Shown here piece after piece: positions 26,430-40,100 of a stretch of DNA of 64,000 nucleotides (the stretch's first letter is position 1; each line of letters starts with the position of its first letter). This DNA comes from Laetmonice hystrix (Eukaryota). The notes under the pieces are model-generated. The model did not search any database. It was given only the letters and a program-made list of their open reading frames with translations, and was not told the origin of the DNA. The stretch covers positions 50,530,001 through 50,594,000 of the forward strand of contig OZ249437.1 of NCBI GenBank assembly GCA_965235115.1, read 5' to 3'. Made by a program: the position numbers and the translations under genes.

Positions 26430-26652
26430 AAGGGGGCATACTGTGAAAAATATATCAAAATGTCGATTCTTCTCCCAAAAGGAAAAGCGACCCGTAAAAC
26501 CAATTATATGCTTATAAACCGCCGATGATTGTCACGATTTCACTGTATATTATTCAGTGAGCAAACGTGAACATTACCCATGCCCGTTTCAAATTTTAGG
26601 GAAGAAAATCGGCACTTGGTATTTTCTAATATTTTTCACAATGGGTCCCTTT
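26430..26652. mobile_element. Kolobok-like MITE
   Basis: Imperfect TIRs taagggggcatactgtgaaaaatat / atatttttcacaatgggtcccttta with a TTAA-type flank. Confidence 0.55.
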
Positions 26653-29600
26653 ACAGGACTATGTACTTGGCAAAATTCAGGTATAGGGCAGTACATGGAA
26701 ATGGAAAGGAACCATAATATATACTGACTTACATGCACCCTTTATCACAGTTCTCAAAAGCTTAACATTTAGGCCTACGTCTCGCAGCACGCAGAGATAG
26801 CTGCTGTAATTCAGCAAAGTGGAACAAAAACGGCTGCGCCAAAACTGGGGGTGGGGGTGGGGGGGTGTCTCAGGGGTGCAGGCAGAACTGAGTTGGGGGG
26901 GGTCCAACCGCTGTCTTCTTCGCGCCGCAGGAATACTCGAGGGTCTTTGCTGGCACCAAGGCTTGAATGTCCCCCCCAAAGCGCTCGCTTCTACGTTTTA
27001 CAAACATAAATTCAATTTATTTAGTTGTTTTTTTGGGGGGGGGCTCGAGGGGGGTTGGGGGGTTGGGGGGGGGAACTCGTAAGCCCCTGGATAATCTATG
27101 AACCATTTTCTACAATGCAACTTGTTACAAAATCTGACAAGATCAGGTCAGATCCTGTTTCTCTTTACTTTTCCCTCCCTGATCGAGGACCATGTGACAG
27201 TGATGGTGCCACTATCATAGTAAGATTTGTCCTCTCGCTGAGAGTATCGATATAAGCACTACATCAAGGACAACACTGTTATCTCGAGGACGTAACTACT
27301 TACAGACCACACGGCTCAAATCAGGGAATGGCCCCTAGCTGACTCCAGGGTTATCATTTTGCAGTAGATCTATCTACGGCGCACTAAGAGGTTTTATACA
27401 TACATCAGCACCCCCCCCCCCCCCCCCCCCGTTGCAAAATCCTGGATCCGTCTCTTGGCTGTAACCAGTCATGGTACGAAATGGCCTCTCAATCAGTTTC
27501 AGGTGATGGTAAAGAGTGCCAGAAGAGTGACAGCTTAACTTCTAAGGAAATCTGTATCGCTATAGATACAGGGTGAAAACCAGGCCAGTCTGCAAATCGG
27601 ATACACTGTATCCTTTCACGTAAAGTGCCGCGGAAAAAAATCTACTCGACCAAGTCTGCCAAGTCTAACGGGTCTTGTTCAGAAAAGCTTATTTCTTACG
27701 GAAAACGACGATAATCTTGTGCCCTTTGTTTATCAATCAATTTCAACGAAATTCCTCTTTAAAGTAACTGACGGCACACTTGCTATTATATGGCGCCTTC
27801 CTGAAGCTATAAGACACTTTTCTATAGTGACAATATCGCGCACTTATGAATGCATGGCTGACACAGTTCCAGCTATAATATCTTTACTGAAAAAGCATAA
27901 TAAAATTGAAATAATGCTCCACAGTCCCGGCAGTGTGATCCTAATTATGTCTAAGGACGCTTCGTGTTGTCCTCGGCAGGGCAGGCCATAAAATAAAGCA
28001 CTGCCATCAGACCCGCTGACCTTGAGCTTTAAATCGTCCGTCCAAGGTGAAACACAAAACAGTCGTCTTGGGACTGTCGACCTGATGATATTACTTTCCG
28101 ACGGACGGTTGAACTCTGCCCTACAGATCTGACTTTCTACCTGCCCTTCTCTCTAACTCCACCCAATGTTAGACACCAAACAACAATCATGAAAGGCTCT
28201 ACTTGCAGCCACAAATACCAGCATTCGCTGCCACTACGAGTTTGCAAGTTCAGTGAATGTTGTCAGGGGAAACAAAACAATATGCCGAATCACACAGCGG
28301 AAAGCAGATTCTACATCCAGGCCACGCGTTTCTGGAGGCTGAACCAATTTATGCAGAGTTTCACAATGAAATCATGTACTATCTGCTGGCAAGGCTCATT
28401 ATAATACTGAAAGATGTTATCCAAATTGATGGATAAGACCAACATTTAAAGAGCTACTACCGTATTATCAAAGATGTTCATGAGCATGCATGTATGGCCA
28501 CGATTATATAGAGATAAAGGTTTACTCGAGGTAGACCTCGAGTAAACCTAAATCTCTAAAAGGGACACATTGCACCCTATAAATCCTGGTTTCTTTATAC
28601 CAGCATGTCGGTCTCAATGTGTAACTATAGGTGCCTCATTCAAAGTACCCGCTCTGGTTCTATCATGGATACCAGGACACGCATTACGGCGCCCGACATT
28701 GTTCCTCCTTTTTTGATTCCGTAATTTATACCGCACAATCAATTATACTTCGGGTCCCAAAATATGCAACACATGCTTTATACTGATTATGGCTGCAGTT
28801 TTTTCTTCACGTGCACCTTTACTTTCACTATACCTGGTGCTTTGTTGCTATGGCATCGACAACGTCTTGTTTACCATAGCTGACCACCTGATCATTATTA
28901 ACGTATTCTGTTGAGATGGAGAAAAAAATCCAGGTATGTTGGTTCATGTATTTAGCCAAGGAAGGTTTTTACCTCGGCTTGTCTGACAGCCATGGGCATT
29001 GTATCAACTGATCAGAATCGCTAGCAGGAAAAACTTCCCATCAGGAATCCAATCAGGTGGCGCTGTACTAGGTGGGATCCGTGCCCGGCTGCTGCATTAT
29101 GGCAGACACCCGCACTGCACATCGACCACCTCCATTCTTCATGACTGGGCTGCCACTAAATGGCCGAGACGGGCTTATTCCTGAAACTGGTCTCATGCTG
29201 CATCCATCCGGTCTCAGTGAGAAAATTGTATAACCTGGTTTTAAAATATACCGGATATAACTTCAGGTGTAGGTTTATCGATCTATAGTCATCGTTTTCT
29301 AGTTTCAGTCGAAAATTTAGTCTCAATTAATTTGATAGGGTATAAACAAATAAGTCTAAATTACATTAAATTTCCGTGTATAAAGATCGTTCCCGAACAA
29401 AGAACTTGGCGAAAACACTTAAATACAATTATAGCAAATGTGACGATAAATAAGGGGAAATAAAATCCAATTAATATAGACATCTTATATAAACTGCATG
29501 GTTTTCTGTACAGAGTGTACAGGCCCCCTATAGGCTATCTGGTTCCGTGGCGAGGTCTAATACCACTGTCTCGTAGTTGTTGCTATCGGTAAGCCTAGCA

Positions 29601-32600
29601 ATCTGAAATAAGTGCATGGCTAGAATTCGCACCACACGTTGTCCAATCATTAGCGAGGTTTCGCAGGTCCGAACGGGTACGGGTAGACTGACGGGTGACA
29701 TAACTTTGACCGAAATGTGAACTCATCTGTAAACGTACCCGTACAGACCACATGCATGGGACGTGTGGAGGCGAGTTTACCAGTATATGGAAACGTGTAC
29801 CAAAATATTTAAAAATATAAGATCAAACTATAGAGTAACCTTAACACGTATATTGTAACATCAAAACATATGTGTTGGGTTTTGTTTTGGTATATATAAA
29901 CTATGGTTGGAAATAAGTGATAAATGGAATTAAACTGAGCACATTTTGCCTACTGATCAGCTCTGTCCTAACTAAACTGTGTCAATGCACCTGTGTACCT
30001 AGAGCGTCAGAGGGACTCATAGCAAAACAACTCTGCCTGACGGAACCTGTGGTCAGGTTGTGACCTTGCCTCACGTACACGGTGCAAAACCTCTCTATTG
30101 TTAGCTCAGGATGAGAGACAAATGAAAGACTACTTTATACAGGATTAACTTGGACTTCCACACGTCAAGAAAGACAGGGAAACCCAACAACCTTTTTTAA
30201 GATTTGGTTTTTGTATGAAAGTTATGGTAAGCATAAATGTGACAAACGCCAATTATCAGGTGGCCCCAATCGTTATTTTTATAACGATTATAGATACCAT
30301 CGTTGTCTATGAACCCGAAACACGCAGTCAGGTATACATTACCCGTGCTGTGACAGCTGGACCACCGGACAATACCAAACATGACTGATCGACTTATGCA
30401 GTGCTATGTCTACCGACAGTGGTGGAAAAAACGTAACCTATGACAGGCCACCCTGAAAATAATGTCCTATGTTTTTTTGACAGTGTCTGATGCATGGAGC
30501 AGGTCGAGGCGCTCGCCATGGATGAGGGTAAGAGAACCCTCATCACTTACATAAATGGGCAGGACATTGTTACGGTATACATGCACAGGTTAAGTACCAA
30601 TTTAATTTAATTAAACTGAATAATGAAATAACATTTCTGGTCGTGAAGATGGCCAACATTGTGTTGACAGGACAGTCGACCTGCACTCACTCTAAATCCT
30701 TCTATAGACCGATCCCGGTAAAGAAAAAGTCCACCAAAAATAGTTCTTGGGCGGACATGCAGCCTGGTCGTAATGATGGAGTGTCTGGCTATATTTAGGA
30801 AGCGATCGCTCTAAATAGGAATCCCCGTACACGAATCAAAAAATGTTAGGGGGGGTCGGGGATTCGTGTCAACGGCAGGTTGGAGGCAAGGTCGTGGGAA
30901 ACGCTCATCATTATGCCTACTATTTATCAAGTGTACATCGCGGCCATGCTCTGCACACATATGTACATCAATCTCAGGCACCTTCATAATACTGTATAAA
31001 TCAAATCTGCCATGTCGCCACGTATGAAGTGAATCAAAGTGCCCCCTAACTCACTGATCCTGAAGTTAAGCCACATGACTGACAGCTGGTTTGGAAATAA
31101 AAGACCAATCTCACCCTCCAATATACGGGTTAGACTTGTTAGTTGTCATGGATATCTATCTTAGACCTGTACATATTTGTCCAGGCCAACCTTAGTCTAT
31201 AGATGAGCGCCAAAGACATGACAATCCTGCTCCACTGATAACTGAAAAGGTTTAGGCCTATGTTCCATTGAAAAGATAGTAGAAATATTGTATGGAAATA
31301 ATGCAACAGCCGGCAACAACCAAGAAGAGTTCAAAATGATCCGCGATCGATAGGCGATTGATTAGACCAGGGTATTCTCATTCACACAAGAGTGTGAGTG
31401 TGCGGGCCCTATAACAGAGACCCAGAATGACGTCTTTAGAGCGGTGACCTGTTATTGGCTACCGTTGTGTCATCAGAACGTTGCTCGACTCAACTAAACG
31501 TATTAATCAGTTCGTCTCGGCTCACCGACACAGCTTCGTGTATTGCGGGTTATGTAGGGTATACGGTAGGAGTCGTAGGCCTGCTCGCTCGCTATGACTC
31601 ATAGAATACCAAGGTTACCAACTGTATCTTGACGACATTATACTAGACATGAGTCAAAAACAAATATACTGCCACACAGCCTGCTATAGTAGGCCTATCT
31701 CACAGTATTGCCAGGCGGTTGCTCTGGGCTTTGCCCTGCTGGCTGCCAGCCACAGGATATACAGGCCACAATAATGATCCCAGATGCTACACTCGCCCTC
31801 CACAGCAAACATAATCTGAAAAAAATACGCATAACCAGTCGGACTATATACTGCTGGTTATGGCTGGGGTACACCCTATTCCTCAACCTAACGAGGTCAA
31901 ATATATCGGAGATGAACAAGTCTAGATCTACACGATAACACGGAACCACCTGGTCCACTTAAATAGATCGGCAATGTCAATCTGGCATACAGACGGTGAG
32001 ACCTACATGCAGTTAGCCAGAAAGGCTTTTAAAAATAGATGAAATTGCAAGAGGCCCAGGGCCGTAGTCTGGCACAAATCTACGCAGGGGGCAGTGCCTC
32101 CTGAGAAAGTACCAGGTGTTCCAGTATCAACGTTGGGGACCCAGGCCCAATAACAATAAACTGGAAATCCCGGGGCTGCCCCCTTACCCCCCCCCCCCCC
32201 CCCCAGGCTACAGCCTGAATAGGCCTATCCTCTAATTGTATTGTCGCATGTATTCCAAGGCATCTGAAAAGAGAACTTGAGAGTGTGGGGGAAGCCACTT
32301 TGATAACAGATTAATCACGGAAGAAAATTACTTCAACAGCAGGCAAAATATGCGAATACTCCCCTTTAAACCTAGATTTCTAGTGTCCTTGCCTAAACTG
32401 TTATTGTCCGATCTCACTTTAACTGTGAAGGACGAGTGGGTTACGAACCTAAGCCCTACCACTGACTCGGAGTATATGGAAAAGTCTGTGTGAAGAGTAA
32501 CAAAATCCACCCATTGCGCTTATCTACAGGACAATATGATTTCACGTCCAACTGCCCATAACTGTCCCATTCGCGGTGCACTTAAATAAATAATTGGGCT

Positions 32601-32899
32601 GGCTTATAAAGTTAAATCATTCGAACAAGAGTCCATCACCACAAAATGGTTAGGTATACGACTATAGACTTGTGGGACAGTGCCCTCCTGCCCCCCAATT
32701 CCACCACTCATAGAGGTCTGAGACTCTATGCATACGTGCATGCCCGCTTCACATTGTGCTAGCAGTTTTTCACGCAGCAATTACCAATTTTCTGAGTAGG
32801 CCCCTATGTCACACAATTCTGATTGTTTTCATCAAAACTTCGACATGCATCCTGACTTTTCAAGTCATACAAACAGATAAGGTTAACTGGTGGACTGCC

Positions 32900-33560
32900 G
32901 CAGTAGATCTATCCGGGGTTTCAGGATAGGTGCACGCGGCGCCCCCCCCCCCCCCTTATTTACGGACCCCTGGGAGAGAAAGACCTGAAACGCGTAAAGT
33001 TGTTTTAATTCCTCAATAAAAACCTTTTTCAGCTAACTATAACACCTTTGATTTGTGTCCCATGTGCCAGGAAAACGCATATTTGGCACTTCAATTTTAC
33101 AATTTTTCTAGGGGAGGACCCCCAGACCCCCGCTATAAAGGCGCTCCCATGGTGGCCTCGTATACGCCCCACAATCCTGCATGAATATATAGGCCCACTC
33201 TTAACTTCATTTTACCAACGACATATACATAGGCCTACGCCTCTTTACTTATAGGAACAATAATTATGACAGTCCTGACTCAGTATAAGCAGAGACCATG
33301 GCGCAGTGGTGGACTGGTGGCTTCCGTGGGGACCACCCACCCCGGCGCCCCTCCTATAGGCCTACTTTTAAACTTCTATGTCCCATGCATAAAAATAATG
33401 GAGTTGGGAGAAATTACCACTCAATATGTTCAGAAAACACGTCTCCGGCGCTCCTGAGCAAAAGATTCTGAGGGGGGCCCCAGACCCCCCGAAAATGGGC
33501 CACCGATATATACCGAAAGGTGCCCCGCCCCCTCCTTTCCTGAAATCCGCCACGTGGGGT
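32900..33560. mobile_element. Cluster of GC-rich poly-C MITE fragments
   Basis: Poly-C tracts, gaggacccccagacccccg and ctgagggggggccccagacccccc blocks and a gaaatccgcc end. The block cagaaaacacgtctccggc recurs near 42180. Confidence 0.5.
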
Positions 33561-34719
33561 CGAGTATATTGCCCGGTACGGGCAACTAGGCCTATGTACG
33601 CAACGGGTATAGTTCTGCACCCCGACACCGGCTCGGCCGGCATGCACAACACTCCCACAAACACGGCAATGTCAATTATTGCAGGCTTATACAGTTTGTA
33701 ATATAAGAGCCCTCCCATCCTATCACCAGTTGCACCGACTGACGCCAAAATATGATGTCTATACGCTGCTGTCTGTCACTAACGCCGACCTAGCAATAAG
33801 TACATGTATCTATTCAATATAACCCAAACGGAGTTGGTGGTCTGACGTCGTCAGGGACCGCGCAAACAGACACCAAGGCGTTGTTTGTCTCATGTTATGT
33901 CGACCAAACCCATGCCTCCCGCCCCCACATGCCGGCATGGCATGCCTCCGCTCAACCCGGCTCAGTCTATACCGATACGAACGATTCCCGTACAAAACGA
34001 CCGGTTAGGCCTACTCACCTAGATAGTTCCGGATGAGCCAATATTTTGTCACATGTGACACTGATACCGTTCGCAGTATGATAGCCGCGGTGGTATAAAC
34101 CAGTAATGCCCTTGGCTTGGATGTCAATGTGAGATCCCCTCCCCCTTCGATGCTCACCAGTTTCATTCACACGAGATGGTTTGGCACGGCGCAGGCGCAA
34201 CAGAAATCATCCAATGGGGTCATCGTACCTAGATGGGTTCATGGTCACCTGTCTGCCGGCTGTAGGCCTAGATCTATACCAGGTCGTGTCTCGGCGGCTG
34301 TGGGGGCCCTTTGTACATCATAATACCTGGATACTACAATAGGCAGCTCTCGCCCGGGAGGGGGTGGGGTGGGAGGACACGTACACGTGCTATATGGTGT
34401 GGAGGGCTGGGTGGGGCTAGAAATTTTCAGGTGGTCCTCACTTCATTAGGGACGTATCCGGAACGGGGAATTCACCTCATGCCTGCAGTCTTTACGCCTA
34501 ATAACTTTCCTATAGATCTAAGTTCTCCTTAATTGGCTCTAATATAACTTCCTGTTCAAGAAAAACACATTCTGATTGGTTCTTGAGTCACTTGAAAACA
34601 TGGCTGGTGTATCAGGAATAAAATATAATGCGTTTGTACTGTGGTGGAGTCTATATAATGCCCTCTAGCTAGAGCTTAATGCCCTCTTTGCCTAAGTCGT
34701 ATTTTATGGATATAGGTAG

Positions 34720-35155
34720 CCCCCCCCCCCCCCCCGTAGACTTTTTTCAAGTCCATATATGGATGCAGGCGCGGCCATGGTGGGGGGGGGGGCGCAGCGA
34801 CAAAATAGGCTGACAAAAAGGAGAAACAAGGCGACAATTAAAGCAGACCCCCCCACACACACCCACACCTCAACCCCCCCCCCCCCCCCCCGGCAGATCC
34901 AGAGGAGGGCACAGGGGGCACGTGCCCCCCCCCTTTAGCTTCACTCATAGATTCTAGGCATATACACGCTATAACCTACTCAATTTTAAATAATTTTAAC
35001 ACTGACGGTGTATTTCAGGGAAACCCTGCGCTATTTTGTAGGCGTATACCTCTAAAACCTCCAATCATGAATTACTTTTCTGTGCCCCCCCCCCCCCCCC
35101 TTTAGTGAAATCCTGGATCCGCCAGTGACCCCCCCCCCCCGGATCCGCTCCTGGC
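34720..35155. mobile_element. Nested GC-rich MITEs of the GGATCCGCC family
   Basis: ggcagatccagagg...cctggatccgccagtg and ggatccgctcctgg ends, with poly-C/G tracts. Confidence 0.55.
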
Positions 35156-37198
35156 AAGTTCTTTAACTCTTGGATGCATAGATTTCAATTAGAAATGTAG
35201 GCCTATATAGGCCTATAGCCGCATCATTTCGTTCGCCCTCCGTTTTCACAGAATATGCGTCCATGGATACAGGTTTATTTTGGAAGACGTGGGTTTGTTT
35301 GTGTGGTTGGTTTGTTTCACTAGGTCATTTAGACTTAGATCGCTCGTTGGCAGTACACCACCTTCCGTGGGTTTGTTTGTGCGGTTGTTTTACTGGGTTA
35401 CCTTCCTACGCTTTCCCAGACGCCAGACCGTCAGCGAGCCATGGAGTGGGCGGGCCAAAACTCTGTCACGATCACCCGGACCTCGCCAGCCATTGTACGC
35501 GCTCGCCGTCCCCCGCAACCCAGGCTGGGCCAAAAGGTCTAGGAGAATACCTTCTTTGGGCTTGGCCAGAATCAAAAATTAGCTTTGGGTGGGGCATTAA
35601 AAGGCCACATAATTCTTTGAAGGAACCAACACTGTCACATGGAAGGATAGGTAGTTCCCCATTTAAAAAAATATATATTGGTAAAACTAAGCAGTATCAT
35701 TGTAACTTTCTAAATCATGTCGGTATTTTCACACGAGATTTAAGATGTCACGGCCCCAGCCGAATTGTGTATTACTGCATAAGGAGGTTACCTACTGGCA
35801 CGGTTCAACAAACAACTCATTTCGGCTTCTAACCGGGTCAATCTGTGGAACTGAACTATAGCTGCCATCCGCACTCTTCCAAGTAATGATTTCCACGCAG
35901 GGTCGGAGTTTGCGAAAAACCTTCTGGGGGCATGTCATATTCTATAATAAGCGTCCCTAGAACTGGCACCTCCATAAGTTTGGTGCATCCTTTGATTGTA
36001 TAATACGGGTGCCGACGTTAGGTCTCCCCAACACTACAGCGAGAGAGAGTCGGGTGACCGAGACTGCCCAACACTGGGTATCACCAACGCGACTCGTTGG
36101 TATCACCATACAACATAACTATAAAACAAGCCAACTCGCAGCAGAGCTGCCCTCTGCTGGTATTCTGGAATATTATTCCGCTGAACAGTCAGCCACGTCC
36201 GTCCGACATTAGAAGGCAATAACGAGGAATGCAAGTGTTATATCATATTCTATCATATATTTTATTGTAAACCAGTCTATTGGAGAGATTAACATCTACG
36301 CCGACAAAAGTGAAGCCTTATCGAAGGCGTCCTCTGTGAATGATTTGGGGCTGCACAGCAACAGTAAGAGTTACGATGAAACAACAGTATCTGCATCTTG
36401 CTGTACCACGCTACAACCTCACCAGGCACAACCGACAAATTTCATCAAAGTATTTTATACAGGCATTACAGAACAGGGAATTGGACATTATCTACTAATT
36501 GATAATCTTTACACAATTCTCACTTATGCACTTCAGCCATTACTCATCACGGTAACGAAATTTTTTTTCTGAATTCTGACCGGGAGCATTATTAAACAAG
36601 GTTTTTCGCATTATATTCATCTCTTTTGGCTTCAGATACATTTTTGTTAAAGATACACAAACAGGCACCCAAACGGAAGATGAGAGAGAGAGAATCAAGG
36701 CGGTTTCTTTGAATTTCCCGGCATCTGAAGATAGAAATTGTGAAGTTTCTCAAAGCATTTAGGCCAGCCTACCAATAATTTTTGTCACTTCTTCCCCCAA
36801 AAGGGGGGTGCCCATGCGCTCCTGATTAATAGTTCAGCGATTATAATCTTTGATGGATATTAATGCAAAAAGATAGTAGTACAATTGAAAAAAAAAAATT
36901 ATGTACCGGGGGGTATTCCCATTTAGCGAGCACCATTTCTTCGAGTTGTAGACGTAGAACTTTACAGGAAAGGAGATTTCTTGACATTTGACCTCCTACT
37001 GTGGAATGTGAAGACTGACAAAACCGCCAAGTCAATCAGGGATGACCTTAAGAAGATCGGCCTACCATCCTATCCTCTCCTCTACTTTATACACAGGGGA
37101 GTCGCGATAGAATGTTCAATCACGTGCTTGTCCAGTTCCTGGACCCGCAACAACAATCAATCCATTAATTTCTCCAAGGCAAATTCCGTGGGCATAAA

Positions 37199-40100
37199 TC
37201 AAAACTTCTGTTTTATCTTCTTTAAAATATTACTTTGTTCCAGTGCTGCTTTCCTCTTGCGCTGTGGGAGAAACAAACAAATCACTGATTTACAAACAAG
37301 GGAACGTTATCAATCGAAAATCTTTGTTAATAAAACTATAAACGACTATCACAGAACAGTATCATGAAAAAAATAAGATAATTTCACACGGCGAAAATAT
37401 ACTGTCAGTAGCTTTGTCTGCGCATTTTAAGGGTATTAACTTACATTTGGAGTTCCAGGAGTGGTAACATCAATCGGTTCTGTTTTAATGTTAGCAGGTG
37501 AATCAGGCATAGAGATATCGAGTCCAATACCACTCAGTGCTGACGTACTGGCCAGGGGTGTACTCGGCAACACCTCCGCTGTCGCTGAACTCGGCACGTT
37601 CCCGATGTCTGACATCTATGAGGCAATCACATAACAATCAACAATAGGAGGGGACTCATGAAAACTATTTTCACCAGTTACAGATTATTCATAATTAAAA
37701 TTTCGCTCCTTGCACCAGTCTTTTACAAATGCAAAAAAGGTGAAGTTCCAGTCATCTTTGACATTTCTGTTTAATATGACGGACATTGGATATTAGAAAG
37801 TGAGATTTTAAGATGGTCAGTGTTGTAATTCAGTGTTGTGAATTATTTCTCACTAACCTTATCCTATTTTCTGCCATTTTCTAAGGCAACATAACAAAAG
37901 AAAGAGAGAAGTAATAAGGTACTTACGGATGTGGTTCTTACCTTGCCGGGGGCCAAAGTATCGAACCGGTGACGTAAAGTTTGCAATTCATATTCACAGT
38001 TTGCCAGTGCTAACTTAAGCTCGTATAACAACACTATATCTTGTCGTAATTCATTGAAGTGTGGAACCATTTCCTCAAATGGCATTGGGTTAATCTCTGA
38101 AAGTGAATAATATAGACATTAATAATGAATGTTTTTTCATTTATACTTTGATGCATTTATGTAATTGTTTAAAAAGGACTGTCTTTTTGCATTGAAGGAT
38201 TACCATGCCACATAGATATCTTTGCCTCAGCATGGGACTATTGCCATTTACTGCTCACTTAGTCCATAGATAGCTGCAACAAGGTGCCAATCAGGCAACA
38301 ATCAAAATGAACAATACATGTTAGATGGAGATTGACAAATAATGATTGTTGCTTCTTCTTACCGGTACTTGTGTACTGACCTATACCAAGTTCATCTAGA
38401 ACTTGCTCTATAGCCTTGATCTTCTTCTGCCCAACTGATGCTGGTAGTTTTATCTAGAAACCCATTCAATATTGTTATTCCAACGACAGCCAGACCAGAC
38501 ATACATACATACACATACATTTTTGTTCCTTTATTACCGGCGATTTAAATGACTGACACCAAGTAATAGTCTACTAATTTTTTCCTCTCTTGTAAATCAT
38601 CAAATGAATTTTCTACTTTTATATTTCACATGAGAGTATATTTTGTGAATATATGTTTCTTGCTTACCCTTTGACTCCTTAATGATACTCCAGATTGTTT
38701 GAAGTCTGGGAATTTTATTCCACTTGTATCTGGGGTCATCTGTGGATTAAAAATGGTCTTTATAATCTGATTAAACACTGATTTCAACAGTATTTACCAA
38801 ATATTACACATTTTCATATTATTTTTATATACACTGCTCTTCAATGAAGATTCTGTCTGGAGTCAACAAAAAATCCTGTCATAAATCCTAACTGGTATAC
38901 ATGTACTTGGCAATGTATGGCTACCCTTTTTTAGACCTAAAATTTTAGGTAAATAGGAATCTGGGGTTATAAATTCTCCTGTTTTCTTTAAATCCTCAGC
39001 AGACACTTTTGATGCAGCACTTACAGCGCCACCTAACGATGCCTTTTGTGTTGTCAAAACCTTCTTCTTGGTTGCCTTCCTATCAGATCTCCGTGCTTCC
39101 ATATTACTGTCAGCAGCAATAATCAGTTTCTGTAGGTCTTGCGTCTTCTTTTCTCGCTCTTTCTTTCGTAGCTCAATCTTCTTCAGCTCTGCCACAAGAT
39201 ATTGTTCCTCTTCAACCTAAAGATATCAAGCGCTTGTATTAAGCACAGCCAGTAAGTATTACAGTGGGGAGTACAAGGAGTTAGAGTTTTACTCTTTCCT
39301 ATCCAGTCTTTGGCACAACAACATATATTTTGACAAAAAGAAATTTTAAAGGCTGCTTCTGTTCCCACTTCTCCAGAAAAGGTAGTTCTAAGAAAATGCT
39401 TTAGCCTCTGACCCGACATGACTTATTTGCTACTTACCTGTTCTTGGGTCCTTGTGAACAGTTTGTCTAGTTGTTCCTTTCTTCTCCGCTCATGATCAGC
39501 ATCAAATACCCTGACCTTAGCTTCACTGCCTGGTGGGGCTCTCACCTATACAGAAAACCAATTTTTTGCCAATATTTTAGTTATGGTGACTGACTGCAGA
39601 CACTGCAAGCATATAATTTATTTCCTTTAAATACTGCAATTCTGAAATATCAGAATAACTGAATTCTTCTGAAAAGCTTTTCCATCACCATATTAACATA
39701 CATTTTTGTACCACGAACTGTTAACCAAAACATCCCAAAGCCAAAAACTATTAAAAATTTTAATAAATTACCTTGGCTAGGATATTGCAAATATTGTAAT
39801 AGCGCTCTTTGAGATCTTCAATACTACGATTTGAGAAACGTTCACGGTCCCAGCGGTCATGAATGATAACAAATCGTAAGTCAAAACGTTTGCAGAGTTC
39901 AAAGAGATGGTCTGTTTCTTGACGTGTCCAACTGTCATCATGAAGATGCTGTTGGTATTCCATATCTGAGAAGACTGGTACATCAACGGTCTGGAAGAGA
40001 ACAAGTCAAAGGTTTTCAACTCCCAACAGATTCTGATAAAGGCTATATCAACTTTCAACCCCCAACAGATTCTGATATAAAGGCTATATAAAGGCGATAT

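Noticed and set aside
28881-30527. Plus-strand micro-exon candidates 28881-28934 (MEKKIQ) and 30484-30527 (MEQVEALAMDE)
   Set aside because: They do not join into an open frame and no downstream coding exons were found.
35263-35832. 189-aa plus-strand ORF
   Set aside because: No recognisable domain, low-complexity gtttgtttgtg repeats and no splice context. It may be promoter or retroelement leader DNA but cannot be supported as coding.
38863-39024. ORF continues 53 codons past the DMAP1 exon 7 donor
   Set aside because: A consensus GTAAGT donor and in-phase exon 8 (GIKFPDFK) explain the gene; the extension has no DMAP1 similarity.
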